64,000 bases of DNA from an uncultured Candidatus Saccharibacteria bacterium. Lineage in GTDB: Bacteria > Patescibacteriota > Minisyncoccia > UBA6257 > JAKLIH01. Location of the stretch: assembly GCA_964618955.1 (NCBI GenBank), contig CAZUBO010000002.1:1582-65581 (forward strand), written 5' to 3'. The notes below the pieces were generated by a model that worked only from the letters and a program-made list of their open reading frames with translations, was not told the DNA's origin and did not search any database. The position numbers and the translations under genes were made by a program. The number at the start of each line of letters is the position of its first letter. Position 1 is the first letter of the stretch. This document shows, one piece after another, positions 1-10,934 of the stretch.

Positions 1-1224
1 AAAGGTGTTTTATTGATGGGTCTACCCGGAACCGGAAAAACCCTTTTGGCAAGGGCCATAGCTGGTGAAAGTAATGTGCCATTCTTTCATATTTCAGGTT
101 CAGAATTCGTAGAGATGTTTGTGGGAGTTGGTGCTTCTAGAGTTCGCTCAGCTTTTGCTATTGCTAAAAAAGCCGCTCCTTCAATTTTGTTTGTTGATGA
201 GATTGATGCTATTGGTAGAGAAAGAGGATCTGGTATTGGCGGTGGACAAGACGAAAGAGAACAAACTTTGAATCAAATATTAGTTGAGATGGATGGCTTT
301 GATAACAATACTAATGTTATCGTAGTAGCGGCTACTAATAGACCTGATGTTTTAGACAGTGCGCTATTAAGACCAGGAAGATTCGATAGAAGAATTACAT
401 TACATTTACCTGATATTGATGAGAGAGAAGCAATTTTGAAGTTGCATATGACAAATAAAAAGATGGTAAAAGATATTAATGTTCGTAAGATTGCTGAAAG
501 AACGCCAGGATTCTCAGGAGCTGACTTAGAGAACTTAGCTAACGAAGCTACTTTGTTAGCTGCTAAGAATGATCAGAAGGAAGTTACTGAGAATGATGTC
601 TTGCAATCAATTGAAAAAGTTATTCTAGGACCTGAAAGGAAGAGCCATATCATTCAACCAAAAGAAAAAGAAATTACTGCTTATCATGAAGGTGGACATG
701 CATTGGTAGCTTCGAAATTGAAAAATGCTGATCCAATTCATAAGATATCTATCATATCTAGAGGAAGAGCAGCTGGATATACCTTACAATTACCCTTAGA
801 AGATAAAAACTTCTTGACTAAATCAGAGATATTGGACGAATTAACAACTCTAATGGGTGGCTATAGTGCTGAAGAATTAATTTTTGATGAGATATCTACT
901 GGATCATCTAATGATTTAAAAATTGCATCAGAACGAGCTAAAGCTTTTATTGTTAAGTATGGTATGAGTAAGTTAGGACCAATATCATTAGTTGATGATG
1001 AATCAGTATTCTTAGGGAAGTCATTGACTTCAAAACATAACTATTCCGAAGAATTAGCTAGTAAGATTGATAATGAAATGAGCGATTTATTAAATACTGC
1101 TCATAAGAAGGCTAAAGAGATTTTGAAAGAGAATAAAGATACTTTGGAAAGAATAGCTAAGAAATTACTTGAGAAAGAAACATTGGAAAAAGAAGAATTT
1201 TATCAATTACTTGAAGAAAAATAA
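1..1224 (+). CDS. ftsH: ATP-dependent zinc metalloprotease FtsH (5'-truncated by window edge)
   Basis: Frame 1 is open from base 1. Walker A GLPGTGKT, Walker [10 protein letters not shown], second region of homology [20 protein letters not shown], zinc motif HEGGH. TAA stop. Confidence 0.97.
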   Translation, partial: KGVLLMGLPGTGKTLLARAIAGESNVPFFHISGSEFVEMFVGVGASRVRSAFAIAKKAAPSILFVDEIDAIGRERGSGIGGGQDEREQTLNQILVEMDGFDNNTNVIVVAATNRPDVLDSALLRPGRFDRRITLHLPDIDEREAILKLHMTNKKMVKDINVRKIAERTPGFSGADLENLANEATLLAAKNDQKEVTENDVLQSIEKVILGPERKSHIIQPKEKEITAYHEGGHALVASKLKNADPIHKISIISRGRAAGYTLQLPLEDKNFLTKSEILDELTTLMGGYSAEELIFDEISTGSSNDLKIASERAKAFIVKYGMSKLGPISLVDDESVFLGKSLTSKHNYSEELASKIDNEMSDLLNTAHKKAKEILKENKDTLERIAKKLLEKETLEKEEFYQLLEEK

Positions 1225-1234
1225 AGATTATGCT

Positions 1235-1275
1235 AAACTAGATGCGAATTAAAATTTGCATCTAGTTTTCTTTTA
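1235..1275 (+). terminator. Rho-independent terminator after ftsH
   Basis: Inverted repeat aaactagatgc / gcatctagttt followed by a T-rich run. Confidence 0.6.
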
Positions 1276-1282
1276 ATATTTT

Positions 1283-1355
1283 GGGCGTATAGCTCAATTG
1301 GTAGAGCGGCTATCTTATACATAGTTGGTCGTGGGTTCGAATCCTACTACGCCCA
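1283..1355 (+). tRNA. tRNA-Ile, anticodon UAU (reads AUA)
   Basis: Hand-folded cloverleaf: acceptor GGGCGTA/TACGCCC, D arm GCTC..GAGC, anticodon stem GCTAT/ATAGT, loop CTTATAC (U33, anticodon TAT, A37), T arm GTGGG-TTCGAAT-CCTAC. No encoded CCA. Confidence 0.85.
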
Positions 1356-1399
1356 CAGAATATTGATAAAATCAAAAAAATATGTTAAATTAGATGTAT

Positions 1400-1473
1400 G
1401 GACGATTAGCTCAGTTGGTTAGAGCGCTACATTGACATTGTAGAGGTCAGAGGTTCGAGTCCTCTATCGTCCA
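1400..1473 (+). tRNA. tRNA-Val, anticodon GAC
   Basis: Acceptor GGACGAT/ATCGTCC, D arm GCTC-AGTTGGTTA-GAGC, anticodon stem CTACA/TGTAG, loop TTGACAT, T arm AGAGG-TTCGAGT-CCTCT. Confidence 0.9.
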
Positions 1474-1529
1474 CTAAGACATCTGTTCTTTTGTTAAAAG
1501 AAAATTATTTATATAGGAGGTAAATTAAA

Positions 1530-1769
1530 ATGAGTGAAAAAATAATGCAGTTAATTCAGTCTCCCGAAACAGACATTAGGGCTGGAGCATGGCCATTGCC
1601 AAATGGGCAAATAGAAGGCACACTTGACTTATATGAAAATGATAAGTTGGTAGCCACCTTACTAACGGCTAGCCCGGACGCATTCAGCTCTAAAGAGGAG
1701 GCCATCGCTTCGATGAATCTTGTCCTCCGCAAGATCATGCAAATGGCAATAAAGGTAGGGGGAACATAG
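1530..1769 (+). CDS. Hypothetical 79-aa protein, compositionally foreign
   Basis: ATG preceded by ataGGAGGtaaattaaa. Visibly higher G+C than its surroundings. Trp encoded by TGG, with no in-frame TGA. TAG stop embedded in a GC-rich stem-loop. No recognisable family. Confidence 0.55.
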   Translation: MSEKIMQLIQSPETDIRAGAWPLPNGQIEGTLDLYENDKLVATLLTASPDAFSSKEEAIASMNLVLRKIMQMAIKVGGT

Positions 1770-1780
1770 CGCTTCCCCCT
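1757..1780 (+). terminator. GC-rich stem-loop overlapping the stop codon of the 79-aa ORF
   Basis: agggggaa / ttccccct arms with an 8-nt loop. The downstream T-tract is weak, so terminator function is uncertain. Confidence 0.4.
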
Positions 1781-1815
1781 CTTGAAATATTAATTCTAAA
1801 AATTAAAAAATATCA

Positions 1816-2730
1816 ATGGATATTATATATGATGAGTCGGGAAAAATTAGATTAGACAAATGATTAGCCTATAGATTCCCGGAGAAGAGTAGGGAATTTT
1901 TTAATGAAAATATTAAGAATGGTAATATTACTATTAATAAAAAGATTGTAAAGCCATCATGAATAATTAGAGTTGGAGAAGAGATTAGCTTCAATGATGA
2001 TATTTTTACTGAACCAGAGAAGATGGAAGTATTGCCAAACAAGAATGTAAAGTTTGATATTGTTTTTGAAAATTCTGATTTTATGATTATCGAAAAGCCA
2101 GCGGGATTACTAGTACATCCAACTTTGAAGAATGAGAATGATACATTGGTGAACGGCTTAATTGCGATAAGACCAGAGATTAAGCTTGTAGGGGACGATA
2201 GTATTCGACCAGGAATTGTTCATAGACTTGATAAGGATACTTCGGGCTTAATGATTATTGCCAAGAATCAATTAACTTTTGAAAAATTAAAAGAGAAATT
2301 CCAAAAGCATCAAATGCATAAGACTTATACAGCTTTAGTATTTGGAAAGTTGAAAGATACTCATGGAATTATTGATAGACCAATACTACGTTCGGGATCA
2401 AAATTCAATCGTCGTAAGATAGGTATTGAACCTAATGATGGTAAGGAAGCCATAACTGAGTATGAGACAATAAAGGATTATGGTAAAGTATCTTTAGTAA
2501 AGGCTTTCCCTAAGACAGGGAGAACTCATCAGATCAGAGTCCACTTTGCTTCAATGTCTAACTATGTGATTGGAGATAATGAATATGGGTCTGATAAGAT
2601 TAATAAGGAATATGGCTTAAATAGACAGTTCTTACATGCTAGCGAATTAGAGTTCTCATTTAAAAGCAAGAAATACCATTTTAAGTCAGAATTACCTTTG
2701 GATTTAAAGGCAGTTCTTGAAAAGCTTTAA
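1816..2730 (+). CDS. rluD: RluA/RluD-family 23S rRNA pseudouridine synthase (S4 domain + catalytic domain)
   Basis: ATG at 1816 is in frame with ORF 2023..2730 across two TGA codons (1861, 1960). RLDK-W-LA S4-like N-terminus. Catalytic motif HRLDKDTSGLM plus GRTHQIRVH. Confidence 0.88.
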
Positions 2731-2734
2731 ATGG

Positions 2735-2763
2735 TTGACTAATCGACGTTTTTTTGGTAGTAT
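2735..2763 (+). promoter_or_regulatory. Candidate sigma70-type promoter for rplS
   Basis: ttgact, 17 nt, tagtat, with TGG just upstream (extended -10 style). Confidence 0.35.
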
Positions 2764-2800
2764 AGTGAAGACTTTAACTTAATGATATAAATTAACTAAA

Positions 2801-3259
2801 ATGACAAAAAGTATTTTTGCTATAAATGATACTATTAAATCGGCTTCTAAATCATCATTAGAGAATATAAAAGCTGGTGATACTGTAAAGATTTTAATGA
2901 AAATCCGAGAAAGTAACCCTGATAAAAAAAGTAAGGGAAGCAAAACCCAGACCATTCAAGGTTTAGTATTAGCTAGAAAACACAATAAAGAATTAGGGGC
3001 TTCAATTACAATTAGAAGTATTGTTGATGGTGTTGGAGTAGAATGAGTTTTACCTTTATATACTAGCGACATTATGAAAGTTGATATTTTGAAATCATCT
3101 AAAGTAAGAAGAGCTAAATTGTATTATATCCGAAAGAAATCTATTAAAGAGACAAAAGCCAAATTAAGAAAAGAAACTAAAGAAGTTCAAAAGGAAATGG
3201 CTCAAGAAAAAGAAGTTGAGAAAGAAGAAGTAACTGAAACTTTAGAGGAAGAAAAATAA
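2801..3259 (+). CDS. rplS: 50S ribosomal protein L19 with Lys/Glu-rich C-terminal tail
   Basis: ORFs 2801..3046 and 3074..3259 share a frame and are joined by one TGA (3044). GDTVKI, IQGLVLARK and GVGVE motifs typical of L19. Confidence 0.9.
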
Positions 3260-3269
3260 CAAAATCAAA

Positions 3270-3299
3270 AACGGTCTAGAATATCTCTAGGCCGTTTTA
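3270..3299 (+). terminator. Rho-independent terminator after rplS
   Basis: aacggtctaga / tctaggccgtt hairpin followed by tttt. Confidence 0.65.
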
Positions 3300-3345
3300 G
3301 GTATTGAAATTTTAATGAAAAACTGTTAGAATGGATTTGGTTTTA

Positions 3346-3429
3346 GCCGAAGTGGCGGAATTGGCAGACGCGCTACCTTGAGGTGGTAGTGGTGGCAACA
3401 TCTTGTGGGTTCAAGTCCCACCTTCGGCA
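3346..3429 (+). tRNA. tRNA-Leu, anticodon GAG (long variable arm)
   Basis: Acceptor GCCGAAG/CTTCGGC, anticodon stem CTACC/GGTAG, loop TTGAGGT, long extra arm, T arm GTGGG-TTCAAGT-CCCAC. Confidence 0.9.
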
Positions 3430-3473
3430 CAATATATTTAATAATATATTAAATTAAAAATTAAGAAAATAAT

Positions 3474-3899
3474 ATGGATAAGAAAAGAATTTCAGCTATA
3501 TTGATTATATTACTATTCTTAGTGGGTAGTTATGGAGCTTATTTATTTATCAACGTTCCAATTGATAATAATATTGAAGTAAGCGAAGCTACAATCACTA
3601 CTGAAGTTAAGAAGGAAGATATTAAAGATGATACCGTCTTAATATTCTACTCGTCTTCATGTCCTCATTGTGAGATTGTGGATGCTTACTTAAAGACTGA
3701 TAAATCAAGTTTGAACGTAGATGTAAGAAAATTAAAAGTTGATGATCCAAAGACTGATAAAGCTAATATTGAAATAGCTTTAGAAAAGATTAAAGAATGT
3801 AATTTAAAAGACAATTGAGGGGTACCTTTGCTATATCACAAAGGAGCTTGTATTATGGGGGACCAACCAATTATTGATTATTTGAATCAACAAAAGTAG
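3474..3899 (+). CDS. Membrane-anchored thioredoxin/glutaredoxin-fold protein (CPHC active site)
   Basis: N-terminal TM helix, CPHC motif. ORF 3474..3818 continues through one TGA to a TAG at 3897 (W-GVPLLY segment typical of the Trx fold). Confidence 0.7.
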
Positions 3900-3904
3900 T
3901 TAAT

Positions 3905-3934
3905 TAAAAAATGACCTTTACTGGTCATTTTTTA
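3905..3934. terminator. Bidirectional terminator shared by the convergent trx-like gene and uvrC
   Basis: aaaaaatgacc / ggtcatttttt hairpin. The uvrC stop codon lies inside the loop. Confidence 0.6.
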
Positions 3935-5189
3935 AATTCTGAATATATAGCTTATGATGATAAGATATGGCAAAGCGATGGGATTCATCTTGAATAGCTT
4001 TTAGCATATTAGCTAATTCTTTGGATAATTTCGAAAGATCAAAATATTTGATTTCTTTATTGAAGACTAGGAGTTGTTTTTTACCTTTAGCTAAAGAGCC
4101 AAGAAGAACGTTTTTGAAGTCTTTGTTGTTAGCAAATATGTTGATTGCAGTTTTGAGTTGAGTGATACCACCATCAATTAGAATTAAATCCGGTTGAAGT
4201 CATTGAGTATTTAATACTCGACGCTGGAAAACTTCTTTAAGCATTAAGATGTCATTGGGTTCGAGTTTGGTATATTTAATTTTGAATTTTTTATAATTGT
4301 TCTTTGAGGGAATACCGTTTGAGAACATTGCTAAAGAAGCGACGGCAAACTTACCACTGATATTAGAGACATCATACATTTCGATGTTGGTAATTTTGGT
4401 TTTGGTTTGAAAAAGATCTTTAAGTTCTTGGTTGATATCTGAATAATTACTTGATTCAGTCTTGTTGAGGAATTGACGATGTTTGAAGATATTTTCTAAA
4501 GCAAGAATTTGATTCTTAATTACTAAAGCTTTTTCAAAGTTTTGTTTCACAACTTCTTTTTGAAGTTGGAGTTTCAAATCCTTAATGAGTTTTTTGTTAT
4601 CACCATTAAGAATTTTTATAATATTCTTAATGTTTTGGAGGTATTGATTCTTTTGTTCTTTAGAATATTTTGCATCTTTGAGGCAGCAAAAGCCTAAACA
4701 AAGATTGAGTTGAGAAGATAAGCATGGTTTTTGATGCTTAGTCTTGCAATTACAGTAGGGGAAGATAGGTCGCAATAGACTTAAAAGGTGTTTTAAATGA
4801 GTCCCAGAAGTGAATGGGCCTACTTGATAGCTAGATTCATCTTTTCGATGAGTTAATGATAGCTTAGGAAAGGTATCTTTAGAAATATTTACAAAAAAAT
4901 AATTCTTGTTATCTTTAAGAACAACATTTACTCTAGGTAGGTGTTTTTTAATTAGATTAGATTCTACAATCAAAGCTTCAACATCATTTTCAGTAATGAT
5001 CCACTTTAGATTGGTAGCATACTTACCGATAGTTTGGTTCTTTTGATTGCTTAAGTCTAGATAAGACTTAAGGCGTTCTTTAAGACTAGAGGCTTTACCA
5101 ACGTAAACAACTTCTTTATTATTGGTAAAGATATATACTCCGGGTAGACTAGGACTACTTTTAATTTTTGATATTATTGATTGGTTCAT
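3918..5189 (-). CDS. uvrC: Excinuclease ABC subunit C, short form (423 aa, no C-terminal HhH2 domain)
   Basis: GIY-YIG N-terminus (PGVYIF..VVYVGKA), Cys-rich region, UVR-like helix, endonuclease core with PDLILIDGG and ESHRFAISYH. ORF 4200..5189 extends through TGA (4200) to TAA at 3918. Confidence 0.88.
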
Positions 5190-6750
5190 CGTTAGTTGAC
5201 AAATTTAAAGTTTTGAGAAGAGATTGGCCAGTCATTTGGATTGGTTGCTGGATATTAAAGATATCTAATATAGTAGGACTGATATCAGCTAAAATACCAA
5301 TAGCGCTTTTTTCATGGCTTTGAATTTCTTGGAATGTTAAAGGTTGTTGGTTTTTTCAATCTTTAGAAATCAAATGTAGTGGAACAAAATTGTCATCATG
5401 CTTGAATTCTGGTTCACCAGTTAGAGGATTCTTCATTCTTTCGATATTGCCATGATCAGAAGTAATGACGAAGGTATAGGAATTAATACCATAGTCAATT
5501 AGTTTTTGAATTTCACTATCGATAATTGAAACTGCGGTTTTGGCAATATCAATATCACCAGTATGACCAGCTAAATCAGCATTAGGATAATTAATTAGAA
5601 GGAAGTCATAAATATTCTCATCGATAATTTGTTTGGCTCTTTCGGTTATATTCGGTGCTTCTAAGTATGGATTCTCTTGGAATTTTAAAGAAGTATCGGA
5701 TGGCAGAATGAATCAAAATTCTCCTGGGAAGGGTGTTTTGTTTAGACCATTGAAATAGTAAGTAACGTGGAGAGATTTTAAAGATTCTGTTAGATGAGCT
5801 TGGCGTTTTTGATTTTGAGAAAGAACAGCTGATAGAGAGTGTTCAACTTTTTCATTAGGAAAGGCTATTTCAATATTTAAATCTTGTTTAAGATCTACAA
5901 AACTTAGGATTTTAAGATTGGTTAAGCCAGAGATATTCGTGTGAAGTTTTTTTACTAGATATTCCATTGGGAAATAGTTAGGTTTCAAATTGAAAAGAAT
6001 AAGACTATCATTGTTAGAGATTGGTTTAAAAATATCTTTGACGGCAAAAGGTTCGATAAATTCATCAGTAATATTCTTTTGTTGTAATTCTTCTAAATGA
6101 GGAACTAATTCTTTAGAAGAATTAATTGATTCGTTAGCCAAAAGGAAATTACAATATTTCTCTAGATACATTTCATTATGATCATTAAGAGCATAGAATC
6201 TTCCTGATATTGATCCAATTTTGATAGCACCGAGATTGCTAACTTCTTTATTGAGTTTTTCTATAAGACTGATTATTTCATTTTTAGGACCATCTTTGCC
6301 ATCAGTTATGAGATGAAGACAGATGTTATTTACATTATTGATTTTAGCCATATAGATTAAGGAGATAAGATGACTTATAGAAGATAGAGTCTCACTAGAA
6401 CTAATAGAGCCAAGAAGATGAAGGGTGGAATTGTTTTGTTTAGCATGATTGATAGCTTGTAGTATTGGTTGGTTCTGAAGGAAGGAATTATTAGAGATAC
6501 TTTGATCAATTCTAGTTTTGGCTTGGTAAATGACTTTGCCAGAACCAATGATAAGATGACCAACTTCACTAGAACCTTCTTCAAGATAATTTAGACCACT
6601 AGCAATACCTGAGGTTTGAAGCGCATAATAGGGATAGTTTTGCTTAAGACTATCCAAAAAAGGGGTTTTACTTAGATATATGGGATTAGTATCGTCATTA
6701 TGACCAATACCTCAACCATCGATAATTATTAGACAAACTTTTTTATTCAT
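5161..6750 (-). CDS. gpmI: 2,3-bisphosphoglycerate-independent phosphoglycerate mutase
   Basis: MNKKVCLIIIDG-W-GIG N-terminus, central ORF 5713..6657, C-terminal NADLAGHTGD and ITSDHGN motifs. I hand-translated 5161..5715 and found only TGA interruptions. Overlaps the uvrC start by 29 nt. Confidence 0.9.
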
Positions 6751-6844
6751 GATAAAATAAAGTTAGATTATTAATATTATTATATCATAAACGTTGATTA
6801 AATACAAAATTTTTGATAAACTTTAGATATAATAAAAAACCAAT

Positions 6845-7525
6845 ATGAACCTATCTATAATCATCCCGGCTTATAATGCCGAAAAGTTTATCGAAAAAAC
6901 CATAGAAGAATTAATAGTAAATTTTCCTGAACAAGAGATAATCGTTGTGAATGATGGAAGTTTAGATAAGACTTTGGAAATTATTGAAAACTACAAAGAG
7001 AAAATTATAATAATAAACCAGGAGAAGAATATGGGGAAGGGTTTTGCAATTAGAAGTGGTTTTGAAAAAGCCAGTGGCGAGATTGTTGTTTTTACTGATG
7101 CTGATTTACCTTATGGAATTGATAATATTAAAGATATATATAACTGTTTAATTAATACTGATAATGATTTGGTCATTGCTTATCGCAAGAAGTTTAAAGA
7201 GAGTTTCTTTAGACATATTACTCATATGGGAATTAATACTATAATACAAATTCTTTTTTGATTCAATGTCTATGATACTCAATGCGGATTGAAAGGATTT
7301 AAAAAAAATTTTGTTGATAAGATCAAGGGGCAATTAATTTCTAAAAATTTTACTATTGATATTGAGATTTTGCATTTAGCTAAAAAGTATAATCAGAAGA
7401 TGGCAAAATTATTAGTTGATTCCAAGAATATCAATAAAGATAGTACTATTAAAATTGTTGATATAATATTAATGATGTTTGAGATTTTAAAAATACGTTT
7501 TAATAAAAATTATATTAAAAAATAA
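6845..7525 (+). CDS. Family 2 glycosyltransferase (polyprenol-phosphate sugar synthase-like)
   Basis: IIIPAYNAE, VVNDGSLD and TDADL (DxD) motifs. ORFs 6845..7261 and 7289..7525 are in frame and joined by TGA. QCGLKGF motif after the junction. Confidence 0.85.
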
Positions 7526-7526
7526 T

Positions 7527-9605
7527 ATGTTAAAAAACAAATTGTTAAAAATATTGAATTCTCCTTGATTTATTAGTGCTGTAATTCTAATATTAATTTA
7601 TATATTTTTATTTGCGCAAATACCTTGGAATTTAATTTTTAGAGATACTATGGTTTCTGGTGGGGATACTGGATCACATAATTATATAGTATATAAACTA
7701 AAGAGTATTTTTCCAGTTATAAAGACCTGAACTCATGATTGATATGGTGGTTTTCCTTTTTTGTATTTCTATCCACCGTTAATGTTTGTTATTTCAGTTT
7801 TGTTAAGCTTCTTTATGAAGCTAAATGTTGCTTTTAAAATAACAACATTATTAGGTACTCTACTAATGCCAATATGTGTGTATTTAGGGTTGAAGTTCTT
7901 GGGGTATAAAAAGCACATACCCGAGATTGGAGCGGTAGGCTCAATATTGTTTTTGTTTTTAGAAATCTTTAATATCTATGGAGGAAATATACCTAGCACT
8001 TTAGCCGGGGAATTCTCTTATTCATTCTCCTTTGCATTATTCTTCTTGTTTATTGGACTATTATCTAAGGGAGTTGATGAAAACAAATACATATTACCAA
8101 ATGTTATAATACTAGCTTGTATGGCTTTAGCTCATCCTTTTCCAGTTATTAGCGCTAGTATTTATGGTGGATTACTAATATTCTTGAGAAAAGATTGAAA
8201 AAAGAGACTAGTATATATTATGAAAGTATTTTTGATGGCTTTTTGTATTACAGCTTTTTGATCAATTCCTTTTTTGTATTATAAATCATATACCAGTATG
8301 ATGAATTGATACCAAACCATAAAGATTGAAGAGATTCTACCAAGATTCTTAGTGGTATTTCAATTTGGAGCATTATTGGGAATTTTCTTTAGTATCAAAG
8401 AAAAAAGTTCAAAGATATTTAATTTCTTAATTATTGGAATTCCAAATTTTGTTTTGTTCATGCTGATAAACAATTCGCCAATTTACAATACTCGATTTTT
8501 ACCTTTTGTGATTATGAGCTATGTATTATTAGGGGCAGTGGGATTAGGGGAGGTGTTGAATGAATTGTTCTCAAGAAAAAAAATTATTCATGCTATAGCA
8601 GTTATTATTTTCTTAGCTTGAATACTATCAGCTATTAATCCAAAGATGATTTTGGGGAAGAATACTAAAAAAGAATCTTTGATTAAATATATTCCAATGT
8701 GAATGGAATGAAATTACAAAGGTTTTGAAGATAAAGAGCTTTATAGAATTAATGCTTTACCATTATTTGAGTATTTAAAAAACCTTCCTTATGGAAAAAT
8801 GATGTGAGAATATCGACCTGAGTATGATACTTTTGGAACACCAAGATTTTTAGAGAATTTACCAGTACTAACTAACAAACCAACTTTTGAGGGATTACTG
8901 ATTGAATCATCAATCTTTGGACCTTTTCATTTTATAAATCAAACAGAGACTACTCAAAGTCCAACTTCAGCTATTGCTGGATTTGAATATCCACCATTTG
9001 ATTTTGTAAAAGGGGTTGAGCATTTGAAATTATCTAATGCTAGATATTTTGTAGCTTATACTGATAATATTAAATTATTGGCTAGCCAAAATATGAAGTG
9101 ATTAAAAGATATTGGGACGTTTTCAGTATATGAAATACCTAAAAATAATGTTGTCGATATCTTTAGCGATTTTAAAGTTCAAGCCAAGAAAAAAGATTGA
9201 ATTAAAACTTCAATTAATTGGTACAAGAATGGTAATTTAAAAGAACCAATTGTTTTTTATTCCAATAAGTTACAAAAGGATTTGTTAAGTAAGGTTGACG
9301 ATTCAAAGACTGATAATACCGTTGAAATATTAAATTTAACTGATGCAGAAATTACCTTTAAGACTAGGGATTTGAATAAATTACATATGATCAAAGTATC
9401 ATACTTCCCAACTTGAAAAGTGAAGGGGGGCGATGGGCCATTCTTAATGTCGCCATCATTCATCGGAGTAATTCCTAGGCAGAATATTGTTAGTATTAAA
9501 TTTGGCAATGGATTAGTGGATAATATTGCTTATCTATTGACTTATACGGCTATTGCAATTGTGATTATAAAGATAATAAGGCCGAAGAGTATTAAGTTTA
9601 TATAA
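7527..9605 (+). CDS. Large polytopic membrane protein (692 aa), GT-C-like / 6-pyruvoyl-tetrahydropterin-synthase-related membrane protein family
   Basis: ATG is 1 nt after the GT2 stop. ORFs 7761, 8352 and 9420 are all in the same frame. I hand-translated the gaps and found only TGA. N-terminal GGDTGSHNY motif, many TM helices, soluble C-terminal part, final TM anchor. Confidence 0.7.
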
Positions 9606-9606
9606 T

Positions 9607-9635
9607 TTGTATTAATTCATATATAGTGGTATAAT
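9607..9635 (+). promoter_or_regulatory. Candidate promoter with extended -10
   Basis: ttgtat, 17 nt, tataat, preceded by TGG (gtggtataat). Confidence 0.4.
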
Positions 9636-9670
9636 ATAGTAATCTTTTTATAAATAGTTAAAAAAATATT

Positions 9671-10933
9671 ATGGGAGGACAAAAAGACAAACCAAAAGGA
9701 TTTGACAATCAACAGCCAAATCAACCTAAGAAAGAAGAGCAAAAAGGAAATGTTTCTTTTTCTAGTATACAAAATGAATTAAAAAAAGAATTGGAAATGG
9801 CGGTTGGCAAAGATGAAACTAAAATTTTAAAAAGAGTTATAGACAAAGTAACTATTATCCAACAAAAAACAGAAAACTTAAAAGAAGAATTATTACATGA
9901 CTTTGACAAGGTATTTACGAGTTTTGAAGATCCTTTTGATTTTTTATTGCAACTAGACCAAAAAGATTTAAAAGCCATAAATAAAGGTAAGATGATGGGG
10001 CAGATCGTTGGCTTGATATTAAAGGATCCAGCTATAAAAAATTATCTAGCCATGCAGTCTTCTAATAAAGGAGAGACATTGCGTGTAGAAAAGTTAAAAG
10101 AGATAGCTAATAGCACTGAGGATAAAAAATTAAAAAGTGATATTGAAAAGTTCTTAAAAGGAAAAGAAGATTTAAAAGATCCTAATAGCGAACATTATAA
10201 TACGATATTAGAAAAATTAAAAGGTATAATTGAGAATATACGAAATGAGCTTAAAAAACATATAAATATAGAATCTATATTCCAAGCTCAACCGGATTTA
10301 AAACAAAAATTAGCTTATGAGATACGCTCAAAGCTAAGTAAAGGAGTAACGATTGAGGATTATGAAGATGATGCTATAGGGGGAGAAGAGGTAGAGGTAG
10401 ATGAATATAGCAAGAACTACCCAGTAATACAAGATTTCTATAGAAATCATTTAACTCATGATAAAATTAATAAGCCAATAATACTAGATAATCAAGAATA
10501 CGATGCTTTATTGTCAGAAATGACGACTTTCTTTAATGAACAAAACGAAAGTGAATATCCAAATTTAAAATTATTTTTCGATGGTTTCTTAAAAATTAAA
10601 AAAACAACTGAAGAAGTTATAGAAGAACCAATACAAGAAAATAATGAAAATACTGGTTCAGAAGATAAAGAGGGAGAGAATAAAAAAGAAGAAAAACCAG
10701 AAAAAGATACTTCAGGTCTTATTTATGGTTGTTTAGCTTCCCTTGGAATGCAAGGCATGGATTTAGGTTTTAAAATATTAATGACTATGATTTTCAGTCC
10801 CGTTAGTGCTGCTATATGAGCCTCCCAAGAAAGATTAAAAATGGGAAAAGGTGGTATGAACATTAACACTAAAGGATGAGAAGATATTTTTCCAGGATCA
10901 GCATTGGATCCAGATAAAGATAAGAAGAAATAA
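9671..10933 (+). CDS. Hypothetical charged/coiled protein with C-terminal membrane segment (420 aa)
   Basis: ORF 9671..10819 continues through TGA to TAA at 10931. Lys/Glu-rich with a hydrophobic C-terminal region. No recognisable family. Confidence 0.6.
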
Positions 10934-10934
10934 A

